Assembly: GCF_024521635.1 (NCBI RefSeq)
Contig: NW_026250422.1
Coordinates: 434,001-498,000 of the forward strand
Reading direction: 5' to 3'
DNA length: 64,000 bases
Source of the DNA: Tricharina praecox
Lineage: Eukaryota
The translations under genes were made by a program, and so were the position numbers. This document shows, in pieces, positions 1 to 11,886 of this stretch. The notes below the pieces were generated by a model. That model ran no database searches and was not told where the DNA came from. It was given only the letters and a program-made list of their open reading frames with translations. The stretch's first letter is position 1. The number at the start of each line of letters is the position of its first letter.

Positions 1-3000
1 CGCGCAAAGAAGGCGGATCGGCAGGCCCGGCAGGAAGCAGAGGCTCTGGCTCTCCTGGGTCTACCCAGGATGAGGCGCCACAGGGTCGGCGGCAAAGACA
101 AGAAAAAGGATAAGGATAAGGGCAAGGACGAATCGAAGGGAAAAGAGATACTCGCCGCCGTCGCCGCCGAACCGTCACCACTACCACCACCTCCCAAAGA
201 ATCGAAAGCGGAATCGAAAGCGGAATCGAAAGCGGAAAAGAAGACGAAGGTGTCGGTCAAAGATGTCATTAGCAGCGGGTTTACGGGAAAGTATGGGTCA
301 TCCCTGGAAATGTCACGATATGTCACGATATATGCCCTTGTCGGCGAGGGGGGAGGGCGGGGGGGGGAGTTATCAATTTGCTGACGAGCTTTGTTTGTCC
401 CAGCAGGAAATCCATAGTGACGGTCAAAAGGACAGGGTCTCCGAAACGAGAGGTTCGATCGAAACATCTTGCACGTGGTGCACATAGTAGAGACACCAGC
501 CTAAATAATGTTAAAGACAGTTCGGCCCAGCCTCGCCAACACGGACAAGAACATCGTCATCACCGTCATCATGAGCACGCGTCCGCTGAGTCTGAACTTT
601 CGTGTGGACGTTGTGTGAAGCGGGCGCGGAAGCGCGCGCAGGAGGCGACGGACGCCGCGGCGAAGGCGGATTTGGCGGAGAGGTTGGAGAGACCCGAGGG
701 GGAGAGGGATCAGGCCGCGGCGAGGGACTTACGGCGCAGGAGGGAACATGATGAGCAGTTGGAGAGGGCCAAGGGGGTACAGGTGGCACCAGCACCTGTA
801 GAAGTACCAAGAACAGAGAGGAGATCAAGATCACGAACAGTCACTTCGCGCGGTGCTTCGCCGCCACGACTGGTGGCGCCAACACAACGGGATCCGAGAC
901 AGGTTGAGTTGATGAGAGCCAGGGATATCCAACGGGCCCAGGCGGCCACAGCAGCGGTTCGCCAGATGGCGGCAGTTCCGCCGAGACCAGCGTTAGTAAG
1001 ATCAAACTCGGAGAGGGCGCCGGCACGACATGTCGAAATCGTCACGCCAAGGCAGCAACCCGTGAGACAGCAACTCGTGAGACAGCAGCCCGTGAGACAG
1101 CCAGCCAGGACGGCAGAAAGAACGGCACAAAGAAATGTCGAGAGACCACAACCACAGCCGCCACCAGCACCGCCACCAGCGCGGCCGGCAGAGAGGACCA
1201 CGCGCGAGCGAGTTGTAGAGAGAATGCAGATAAGGCCTGCCAGGAGACAGCACATGCGAACGCAATCCGAACAACTGGATCGGACGAGACAAGTGGACGT
1301 CATACCAGAAGCACGGAGACAAAGCTTGAGGGCGCCGGTTCTACCTGCACCGGTTCTGAGAGCACTACAACCGCAGCCACAACCGCAACCACAAGCAGGG
1401 AGGCTAATATTGGAATTCGAACTTGGGACCAAACCACCAAAACTGTTTGTTGCGATGATTGTTACTGTTTTGGACCACACACTGATGATTGTTGACAGAA
1501 TCGTATGCGTTACCTGCATGGATGACGAAACCCCATCGACGGAAGCGGCGAAGGTAATCAGTCAAATTATAAATATGTTCCTTCAAATGTTTGCTTATTG
1601 GAATCTGTCTGTAGTTGGCTTGTGGGCACTGGTTTTGCAACGAGTGCTTAAAGCGACTCTTTATTCTTTCCCTGACGGATCCTGCTCACATGCCACCGAA
1701 ATGCTGCACACCAGACCATATCCCTCTGAAGCACGTCCAGAATCTCCTGTCGTACCAGAATAAGAAACTGTGGAATACCAAGTACCTCGAGTTTACGACA
1801 GCGAATCGGATATACTGCCCGAGTATCAACTGCGGTGAATGGATCCAGCCGAAGCATGTCCAGGACAACGTCGGGCATTGCCAGAAGTGCGCATTCGCTG
1901 TCTGTGTGACGTGTAATGGTAGGGCACATGGTGATGAGGATTGCCCGCAAGATCCGGAAATGCTCAAGTTCTTCGAGACTGCCGAGAAGCATAAGTTTCA
2001 AAAGTGCTACAGTTGCAGGGCGATGGTGGAGCTCGAACGTGGCTGCAATCATATGTATGTCGGGCTGTTTCTATCCCCGATTCAAAAACGAGCGAGGGCT
2101 AATACCCGCAAAGGACCTGTCACTGCACTGCGCAATTTTGCTACGTGTGTGGATCAAAATGGAAGTCGTGTGACTGTCCCTGGTTCAATTATGAGCCCGG
2201 TGAAGCTGAGCGAGAGTATGTTGTTCCGGACTGGGAATCCTCGTGAGCCTGCTTTCCACGGATTGTGCTAATCACCGTGCGCATGGCCACAGGGACCGAC
2301 TCCGCGCAGAAAACGCCATCCGAAGGCTAGGACGGGGTAGAATCGCAGGCCCCGCTGGCAATGATCTCCCGCGCGCGCTCAACGACATCCCTGCAGTGGA
2401 CCCGTTTGCCGCTCTGGGGGCCCTCGGCTTGGGCCTTCGAAACGGAATTCGGCGTCTGGCGGCCGGCAATGCCGAGCCGATTGAACGGCCAGCGGCCCCT
2501 GACCGCCGGAGAACAGACCCGCTTCCACCAGTTGCTGGTCCCGCGGGTCCGGCGCGCAACGACGACCGTGAGCTAATGCGGCAGAACATGCGGGGCCTCC
2601 TTAACACTGGCCCCGGCCTCGGTCTGGGCCTTGCGCGGGTCAACGGCGCCGCAGCCTTCTACGGTGCTGCGGCTGCCGGCCGTCCCGCCCCCCCACAAGC
2701 TGCGCCTATCAACGCGCAGGCTCCACCGCCCCGCGTGCAGGCGCAAGATCCTGCACCTGCGCTTGCTGCCCCGCGCAGCAACTTCCTGACCGCGTCGCAA
2801 CAGGCGCACGTCGAGCGCTACATCGCAGCCGTAGACCTCGAAGACGCCGAGCCAGCCGTCGAGTCGCCATTCCAGCAGGCGGCTGGCACCGACGACGACG
2901 AGGAGCCGGCTGCCGTTGTTGTCGTCGCGGAACACACGCAGATGCGAAGGGCAAACACTGAGCGGGCGGCGCCGAGACAGACGGAGTACATCCGCCCGCC

Positions 3001-3166
3001 GAGGAGCAGCAGCGCGACGAGGAAGAGTGCGGATGTTGGCGGAAGTGGAAGTGTAAGGGCCGGGTTGGGCCCAAACGGCATCGGGCTCAGTGTCGAACAG
3101 CTCGTGTCCGGGGGCGCGGGCGATGCAAGGGCAAGTGGGTCTAATCTCTTGCAGCGACGACTGTGA
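1..3166 (+). CDS. RBR (RING1-IBR-RING2) E3 ubiquitin ligase, 5' partial
   Basis: Frame 1 is open from base 1. Predicted introns are 291-403, 1445-1498 (in-frame), 1554-1614, 2055-2113 and 2243-2292. Splicing gives RING1 (CVTCMDD...LACGHWFCNECLKRLF...MPPKCC), IBR (RIYCPSINCGEW...CQKC...CVTC...H...C) and RING2 (KCYSCRAMVELERGCNHMTCHCTAQFCYVCGSKWKSCDCP). Stop at 3164-3166. Confidence 0.9.
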
Positions 3167-3619
3167 TGTGATGGTATAATTTATGACATGGCATGAGCAA
3201 CGCCTTCGCTTCTTCTTCTTCTTCTTCTTCTTCTTTGTTTTAATATCCGTCGGTGGCATTGTATTGGATTCTTCGAGGAGTTTTTTTATTTCATTTCGAT
3301 GGCGCTTTTTGTGGACTCGACTCGACTGGACTGGACTTGACACGATTATATCAGAAGGGGGGGGACTTGTTTGGCTTGGATTGTTGGTACCTCTCTTTCT
3401 TACACCTCTTCTTTAATCCTCTTCTCTTCTCTTCTCTTCTCTGCTCACACGCACACATTTGATGTACAATACCTACTCTACTTTGGCACGACGAACGACG
3501 ACCGACAGACAATATTGTATGAATTTACGGCACGGATGGATGGACGGACGGGCGATGAACACTTTACCTACATAGTTTTAGACAACAGTATCATAGATAG
3601 AGGGAGCTAGAGTCCTAGA

Positions 3620-4765
3620 CATGATGGAGTGCGATTGTCGATACCGGTAGTGTGGATACTGGATACTGGCTACACGAAAGTGCAGTTTGGCTTTGTGTCC
3701 CTCCTCCAGAGTCTAGAACTTCTCGTCGATCCAATAGGCATCTAATCTGGAAAGCTGTGACATACCGTGGTTTTTTCTCACCCCTGAGGCTCTACGCCCT
3801 GCGATCCTCAATCTCACATGTAGCTCAGTGTCCCCCCACCGCACAATCACGAGGTCGACGACTCGACGTGCTCCCCGCCCTCCCCCCGCACTCTAATATT
3901 CACTTGTGGGAAGCCACAGCCGCAGCCGCAAACGTGTCCGATTAACTAGACTGGTGTACGCCGTACGGTACGCGATGTTACAGCTTACATACAGCCTGGT
4001 TTGCAAAGAGTGCACAAATGTAAATACTCGGGCTCCGATTTACGCACTAACTAGAGTACCATACGGCGTACTCATCCCGACCCGGCCCGCCGGCCCGCCG
4101 CACATGGCCCGCCGCACATGGCCCGCCGCACATGGCCCGCGCGGACGGACTCAGCTGTGCAATCGGGCTCACTGGTTTTAGAGGTAGGCATGATGGAGTG
4201 CGATACCGGTGGTGTGTATAGTACACAGGATACCCAAAAGTGCAGTTTGAACTTTGTGTCCATCCTCGAGAAGTTTCCGTCGATCCAATGGCCAATGGCC
4301 ATCTAATTGGGAAAGATACCTACCTACATAACAGTGACATTCCGTGTGGTTTCTGTTTTTGCTCACCCCTGAGGCTCTACGAGTACATACGCCCTCAGAT
4401 CCTCAAATCCTCAAATCCTCAATTTCACATGTATGTAGCTCACTTTCAACTTTCAAGTGTCCCGCCACCGCACAATCACGAGGTATCGTAGTTAGGGTAA
4501 ACCCCTCGACGTGCCCCCGGCCCTCTAAACCTTCACTTGCGGGAAGCCACAGCCACAGCCACAGCCGCAGTCGCAAACGTGTCCGATTAACTAGACTAGT
4601 GTACGCTGTACGGTACGGGACGTTACAGCTTACAGACTTGGTTTCCATAAAGTGCGCATATAAATGCAAATACTCCGGCTTCGGTTTACGCACTCCCGTA
4701 CTCAAGTCTCGGCCCGCCACACATGGCCCGCGCGGACGGACTCTCTGCAATCGGGCTCACTGGTT
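3620..4765. repeat. Diverged tandem duplication of two ~560-575 bp units (3620-4177 and 4189-4765)
   Basis: Both copies share colinear blocks: catgatggagtgcgat, aagtgcagtttg, ctcacccctgaggctctacg, cgcacaatcacgaggt, cgcaaacgtgtccgattaactagact, cacatggcccgcgcggacggactc and tgcaatcgggctcactggtt. Confidence 0.9.
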
Positions 4766-5322
4766 AAATGGTGCCCGAGTCTCTATGTTGAGTATGTAAT
4801 TGAATGTGGTGCTCCCGTGGTGTCTTCTCGTACCCGCCTATCACCACTGTTCGGTCCCTGCTGCTAGGTATCGTTCGCTGAGTCATGCAGAATCCGCAGG
4901 CGGAAGATGGTTTGCCCAACATCAACAACCATGGCTGGCCGCGACCAATGGCTGGTGGTTGGTGGCCAAGGGTCCATGCCTATAGCAACAGCTTTATAGG
5001 TGTGAGTAAGAAGCGCCGGAGGGGATTCGCTTGTGTGATGACGATGTCGAGACCTGGACCGCCTGTAGATAGACTCACATAGACTCCACCATTAGCGTCA
5101 CAGACTCGGTCCGTCCGCCAAACGAACGCGTCCTTTCCCCGCGTGTCCTGATCGTCGATGCTATATCAAGGGACACTGCCGCTTCGCGAAGAGTACTCTT
5201 CAGACGACGACGGACACTGCGGAGAACCATTCACCATTCACCAATCCTGACGAAGTAGGACTGTAACCACCAACGCCTTCTTCACGGACCACCACCACGA
5301 TCACCGCCGCCGTCGAGTTCGA

Positions 5323-5490
5323 CCGATCACGACCGACGACTCTATCACGACCGACGACTTTATCACGACCGACGACTCTTGCAGCTCGACCGATCACGAC
5401 TGGCGACTCTTGCTGCCCTGGCGATGCTTGCCCTTCACGAACAGCCGTCCTTTCTATAAGAACAGCCGTCCTTTCTATAAGAACAGCCGT
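5323..5490. repeat. Short tandem repeats upstream of the SRA gene
   Basis: About 3-4 copies of an 18-bp unit (atcacgaccgacgactyt), followed by about 2.5 copies of the 21-bp unit aacagccgtcctttctataag. Confidence 0.85.
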
Positions 5491-5629
5491 CATCGATACC
5501 TTTCCACTACCACCACCACCACCATCGCAACATACCAGCTCGCCACCATTCCTCGAAAGCAACACTTTCACCGCCGCTCCCACCACACCATACCATCTCA
5601 ACCATCTCGACCTCCACATTCTTCACACG

Positions 5630-7345
5630 ATGCCACCCTTCCTGAAGCGAGAGTCTGCACCGCCGTCCGAGTTTAAAGGTGTGAAACAAGAGAAAGAAGA
5701 AGACGAGAAGATGTCGCCGAGTCGCCAGTCTTCGAGAAGCAGAAGCATTGTCAATTCCGCGGCGCCAGCGCCAGCCACGAACCCCGATGTCGCGCTCATT
5801 CCTGCCGGATGGAACTTCGCCGTAGTAATACCTGACCGCTTTGCGCCCGGCCCTGGTCCTGGTTCTGGTTCTGCTCCTTCAGGTTCGTTGTTACATGTCA
5901 TACCTAGTTATTTATTTTTGCCCTTTCGGCACCGTCATTGGTCTAACTTGCTGACATCTCTCCGCCATGTGTAGCGTCGGTTGCTTCCATGTCGGCTGCG
6001 GCTCCTTCTACTCCGTTGTCAAGGGCTGATCGTCTTACGGCTCGCGCACAGACGCCGAACGTTGCCCCAGCGGTTGTTCCAGCGAAGATCGAAGAGCAAG
6101 CCAAAGTCGAGCCGGCTGGTCCGACTACATCAGTTCTTCCTGTAGCGTCTTCGCGCGGTACACAAGCACTTATCAAGGCCCGAGATTCCGAGACGCCTTC
6201 GACCGACGCCGCGTCACGTGGAGGCTCGGTGGTCTCGGACCGGCCATTCAGGGGGTACAAGATGACTTTTGAAGAAGCTGCGAGGCTGAAGAAAGACCAG
6301 CCCGAGATGTTCCGGTTGTTGTTCTGGCGCCGGAACTTCCAAAACTGCGACAAGAAGCTCAGGGAGCAGGGCGCCGATTCTCTGACGATGGAGGATCTTA
6401 CGATGCTTAAGCAGGGTCTGGACCGCTTGGCATATATTAAATTCGAAGAAGACGCACTCGAATGGGTCGACAAGACCGGAATCTTGTCGGCCCTGCGTCT
6501 TCTTACGAATCGGGCTAACTTCGATGACGATACCGTGGAGATGGCTACCACCCTTCGGCAGCGCTGGATGGAGAAGAACTTCAATCCTGGTCCGATTTCT
6601 TCGAAGGAAGAAGAAAGTGCCTCTGAGTCCGAGTCGGAAGCCGAGAACATCCAGCCGGTGAGTTTCGGGGCATTTTCGCAGTCCCTAATGCACGGTATCT
6701 TGCGATACCGTAATGCCCGCGGCCACATGACGATGAAGCTCGACCCGAGAGGTCTCAAGAGAAGGGCAGATGTCTTCGGACACAATGGCCTCACCGTGGG
6801 AGAGTATGTTTCTCCATTCTCTTTGCGTTACCCACTAACTGACAGTGTGTAGCTGGTGGCCATATCAGCTCTGTGCTCTCCGAGATGGCGCACATGGTTC
6901 GAAACAGGGCGGGATTGCTGGACGAGCTCATTCCGGGGCCTTCTCAATCGTTGTTTCTGCGGAGTCGGAGTACGGAAATGAGGACTCCGGCGATCGACTA
7001 TCGTACCTCGGCACGCAGCATATTGGCCCCGAGGGAACAACCATGTTGACGAACGCGACCAAGTCGCTCATCATGTCGATTCGCACCGGCAACCCCGTCA
7101 GGGTCATCCGCCGTGGTCCCAGCCCGACGAGTCGAATCTATCCCTCGTGCGGCTTTAGATATGATGGACTGTACACTGTCACTGCTCGTACTCCTGTTCG
7201 CGCCAGGAGGGATTCACCAGGAGAGCATGACTTTTACAAGTTCACGCTTGTCCGCAACGCCGGCCAGCCGCCCCTCAGTAACGCGAGAAATCGACCAACT
7301 CCCGCTGAGTACACGGCCTACCACAGACTCACCAACAGTGCCTGA
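5630..7345 (+). CDS. SRA-YDG domain protein (~524 aa), putative methylated-DNA reader
   Basis: Exons 5630-5882, 5975-6803 and 6853-7345 total 1575 nt and are in frame. The spliced C-terminus FGHNGLTVGDWWPYQLCALRDGAHGSKQGGIAG...AFSIVVS...D.GD.L.YLGT...NPVRVIR...PSCGFRYDGLYTV is the SRA/YDG signature. Confidence 0.9.
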
Positions 7346-7633
7346 TTCGACCGTCGTTCTCGCTTTCCTGACGTTGTGGATGCTTGGTGAATGGTTTCGT
7401 CGTCTTTCTTTGGTGCTCGCTTTCCGGATGCTGGATGCTGGGCGAATGCTTTCGTTGTCTTTGTTTGGGATGCCATCGGTCGTCTCAAGATGTTGTCGTT
7501 GTCTGGGTGCAGATGGGTGTTTTTACCACAGACTCATTAGTGGCTGATTCGATCGTCATGCTCGCTTTCCGGACGTTGTGGATGCTTTGCGAATGATTTC
7601 GTTGTCTTTGTCTGGGTGCAGGTGGGTGTTTTT
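7319..7633 (+). repeat. Degenerate direct repeats spanning the SRA gene stop codon and 3' UTR
   Basis: The block taccacagactca...tgattcga occurs at ~7319 and ~7524. The block ctcgctttcc...tggatgct...gaatg.tttcgt.gtcttt occurs three times. Confidence 0.8.
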
Positions 7634-8583
7634 TGTTTCTTACCTGGGACTGTACGGTGTACACTATGGGTGCAGGATGTACGTGATGACGCAGCGACTC
7701 GTTTGATATCAATGCTTTCTGTTTGATTGGATTTGTGCAGCGTGTTCGTGTTTTCGTTTCCGAGTAGAATAATGGGCGGTGATATGTTACTTAAGGATTG
7801 TGGTGAATTTCAACGGCCATGGACCGTGTGGCGCAGAAATAGTGGCGTAATGAAAGAAGTCACGTGGATGTCTTGGCATCTTGGAAATCACTTTTCGCTC
7901 GGCGCTCATCAGATAATCAGACTCGGAAGGATAGAAATCGTGACTCGTGAGAGAGAACATCAATTTATTGTCGCGGGCAGCCCATTCACACTGGGCTATG
8001 GCGACCGTACAGACCGACCTTTCGTAGATGGACATCGTTCCGTGTATGTAGTCTCATTTGTGTGAAGTCACCCCTCACACGACGCAGGGTCGCCAGCCAT
8101 GCAAACCTACATGGATTTAGTCAACCAATGTCACACCAGCCCCACTGTTGGCATCGTGGCAGCCACACCAACCGTTTTTCCCTGTCAATCCAATGCCAGA
8201 CCGGTTACAGCAAAATACACTACCTTGCGGCACTTTTGAGCCTCTACAGAAGACTTTCTCTTGCTCTGTCCCCTCTTCTCTCTTTCTATTTTTCTCTGTC
8301 CCCTCTTCTCTCTTGCTGTTTTTCTCTTCACCCCTTCTCTCCGAGTCGCTTCGCCTCTTCTCCTGATCCCGCTCAGGTACCTCTAGCCCTGACTGTATAT
8401 GTATTCTCGATTAGATTGAGAATCGCATGTAGTGTCAGCCACCCATCACCCTACATCCAGTCCTGAGACCTTTCGCGCCGAAAAAAAAATAATCCCGGCT
8501 TTCCCCATCTTCTTCACATCCCTCCCCCACCACAATCTAACGACAACCACCGACTTCCTCGATCACATCCAGAATCAACAGCA

Positions 8584-10321
8584 ATGCGGAGTGCCAAAAT
8601 CTTTTCCGGATCCTCGCATCCTGGCCTCTGTGATTCGATCTGCGAACGTCTCGGAACGACGCCCGCGAAATGTCGGCTGAAGAAGTTCGCAAACGGAGAG
8701 ACCAGTGTGGAGGTCGGATGCTCGGTTCGTGACCAGGACGTTTTCATTGTTCAGAGTGGAAGCGGAAGGTATGTTTGCACAACACTGTTCTCCCGTCCCT
8801 TTCGATGACTTGAAGGGTTTCTGATGGAATTGCAGTGTCAACGACAGCATCATTGAACTGTTGATCTTGATTTCGGCCTGCAAGGGAGGGTCTGCAAACA
8901 AGATCACCGGTACGACTTCTCTGCAGCCTAGTCTTGCAGGTTGTAGCATAACAATCGATTGCTGACCTACGACAAAGCCGTCATGCCGTACTTCCCATAT
9001 TCTAAGCAGTCGAAGAGGAAGTCCCACCGAGGTGCTATCACCGCAAGGAGTAGGTCTCACTCATCTCGACTGCAGCGAAATGTGGATCATCAACTGACTG
9101 TCTGATGTTGTAGTGGTCGCGAACCTTCTCCACATCGCGGGTGTTGACCACGTCGTTACCGTCGACCTACACGCTTCGCAGATGCAGGGCTTCTTCACGA
9201 ACCCGGTCGACAACCTCTACGCCGAGCCTCTGCTTGCACGCTGGATTCGTTACAACATTCCCGACTGGCGCAATTGCGTGGTGGTCTCGAAGAACCCTGG
9301 TGGAACTAAGAGGGTCACGTCGCTTGCCGACGTGCTCAAACTTAATTTCGCCCTCATCACTACCGATCGTCGTCGCAACCACGATGGTTGGATGAGCTCG
9401 CGCGTGCAGTCGAATCGCCATTCGCCCGCCGAGAGTGAACATGGAGAAGAGGAGAGAACGACACCGGGCCCTACCAATGGTCTCCACATCAATGGTATCA
9501 CTAACGGTGTCAACGGCTTGGGAATCATCGACAGCGCACCATCCCCATCCATGCGGCCTTCCGACTCCATGTCCAACAGCATGATCCTTCCGCCTCATCC
9601 CCAGGATGACTTTGACGACGAGTACACAGACGATCAGGCGCAATCCGTCACATATGGTCGTCTGGTGCAGGGCCACATCGTCGACGACGATTACCCTTCT
9701 CCGTCGCCAGCGCAGTCTGCTGTTGCCGACATGGATCCTATGTTGGCTTCCATCCACTCTCTGCGATCCCTCCACAACCCAGCAGATGACGCCTTGGGCG
9801 GCACCATCGACGCTCATAACTCGGACGACGACGAGGAAGAGGCTGATGCTGTTTCGGGAACCGAGCGGATGATCACCCTCGTCGGAGATGTTAAGAACAA
9901 GACTGTCCTTCTTCTCGACGACATGATCGATCGATCCGCAACCTGGATCGCCGCCGCGGAGCACTGCAAGAAGAGGGCAGACGCCAAGAAGGTGATCTGT
10001 CTGGCCACCCACGGTGTTTTCGGCGGTGACTGCTTGAAAGAGATGGAGGAGTGCGAGTACATCGACCAGGTCGTCGTCACCAACAGCTTCCCCATCGACG
10101 CAGCTAAGCTGCCCGGAGGAAAGACGGATGGCCTCGCGCCGAGTGGTGCTGGTACTAGGGGAAAGTTGACTGTCATTGATTTGAGCATGCTTTTGGGTGA
10201 AGCTATTAGGAGGAACCATAATGGTTGGCTCTCTTACAATCCGTACGGAGCGGAGAACGATGCTAACCAACCCACCACAGGAGAGAGTGTTTCAGCGTTG
10301 TTTCAAAATTTCATCGATTGA
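8584..10321 (+). CDS. PRS1: Ribose-phosphate pyrophosphokinase, Prs1 type (~493 aa)
   Basis: Exons 8584-8768, 8836-8909, 8978-9049, 9114-10223 and 10281-10321 total 1482 nt. Motifs [40 protein letters not shown] and LLDDMID are present. The long low-complexity insertion after LITTDRRR matches the Prs1 non-homologous region. Confidence 0.95.
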
Positions 10322-10564
10322 GAGAGCAGAAGATTTCTGAATGTTGTGCTATTGTTTGGTTGAATTGCGTGGGTTGGTACAGAGTGGAGTTTGGCGCCAT
10401 GTGGGTTGGTATTCCCAAAAAAGATGACATAATAATGTTCTTTCTTTTCCCTTCCCTTTCTTCTTACCTTTCCTCTCTTTCCATATCGACGACGGTGATG
10501 AGTGATCGCTTGCAGCCCTCAGAATGTCCATGCCATTCTGTTCCAGATTTCATCTATATATATA

Positions 10565-10774
10565 CCAGGAACCACGGGACCCTCCTCGCCGGGGGAATCG
10601 TGGACTTTGCCCGCCACTTAGTCTTCTCTACAGTGGTGGTTAACGGAATTCCTGGGAGATTACATACTCCTTTGCTGCCTCCAAAGCAGTAGGGCGGAGA
10701 CAGAAGGCACCGCTTCGTGTGCCTGATTAATTTCGGGACATGGGAGATGGCGCAAGAGAACCCTCCGAACATAC
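10565..10774 (+). ncRNA. Candidate box H/ACA snoRNA, copy 1
   Basis: The 5' domain is closed by ccaggaa (10565-71) pairing with ttcctgg (10649-55). An H-box AGATTA lies at 10657-62, followed by a short hairpin. The 3' hairpin cggag (10695-99)/ctccg (10763-67) carries an internal loop acagaag/aagagaacc. ACA lies at 10769-71, 15 nt from the upper stem. Confidence 0.65.
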
Positions 10775-10848
10775 AACAGTGCAGTTGCTCTTCAGGTTTC
10801 CCGGAACGTGGAGGTGAATGCATTCGTTTCTTTTGCTTTGTGAAATCC

Positions 10849-11045
10849 CCAGGAACCACGGAACCCCTCCTCGCCGGGGGGAACTGTGGAATTTGCCTGC
10901 CATTTAGTCTTCTCTACAGTGGTGGTTAACGGAATTTCTGGGAGAGTACGTACTCCTTTGCTGCCTCCAAAGCAGTAGGGCGGAGACAGAAGGCATCCTT
11001 TACCCTTTCTGTGGGAAAGGACGCAAGAGAACCCTCCGAACATAT
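10849..11045 (+). ncRNA. Candidate box H/ACA snoRNA, copy 2 (tandem paralog)
   Basis: Same layout as copy 1: ccaggaa/tttctgg, H-box AGAGTA (10943-48), identical pocket strands and ACA at 11040-42. Most substitutions in the main stems keep pairing through G-U. The upper stem has a different sequence but still folds (tccttt...aaagga). Confidence 0.65.
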
Positions 11046-11886
11046 TGCTTTGCTGTTTATATTGTATCAGTTCACGAGCTTTGTATTCAGCTTTTAGAAT
11101 AGAAATAAGAATACCTGAACTGAAGTGGTGCACATGATGTACATACTCGCGGACCCGGGACTTTGCAGCCGGGTTCCGTGGTGAGCTGTGCACGCAATCA
11201 CAATATCTCACTCACTGCGTCGGTCCGGTCCAGCCACATTGCTTTTTGCTCCACCTACCTACCTCGTCTCGTAGGCACCACTATATGCACTCGCGTAACT
11301 ATACGTCTGTCACTACTCTATGTCCTTGCCTTGCTGTTTTGCCGACTTCCGTCTCTTTACCCATCATCGTCAGTTTCTTGTTTTACCCCAGCCACGGGGA
11401 GTCGGGGAACCACGCCCACGAGGATGACGTTTCCGCGCGCGCGCATGGGTATTCGTATTCCGAGGGAGAGAGAGTACTGGTACTTAGTATAAAAACAAGC
11501 ATCAGACGCATGCATATATACCCTACATATAATCTCCGAGTCCGTCCCTCACTCCGCCGGCCCGATCATCCACCCCGCCAGCACCCCGGCTTAATATACA
11601 CCAAACGGTTTCCCCCCCTACTACGCGGCCCGCCGGCGGCCCCGGACTGCCGGCGCGCCTACCTACCTACGTCTGTAGACTGTCACCACTATAGCTACAA
11701 GCTTTTGCGGGCAGTTCAATTGAGGGGCACCTGCGGGGAGGGGTGTGTTTACGGTTGACAGCGGGTCCGTGGGTCCGGCATTTTAGGTATAAAATAACCC
11801 CAAACCCAGCTGGATCCTCCGACTGGTGGGCATCTACACCCACTCACTCAATCACTTCACTCACTTGGGAAGACGAGAAACTTGCA

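Noticed and set aside
11128..11206. Hairpin gtgcaca...tgtgcac followed by ACAATA, a possible third H/ACA RNA
   Set aside because: There is no clear bipartite pocket, no second hairpin with an ACA box, and no similarity to the two neighbouring copies.
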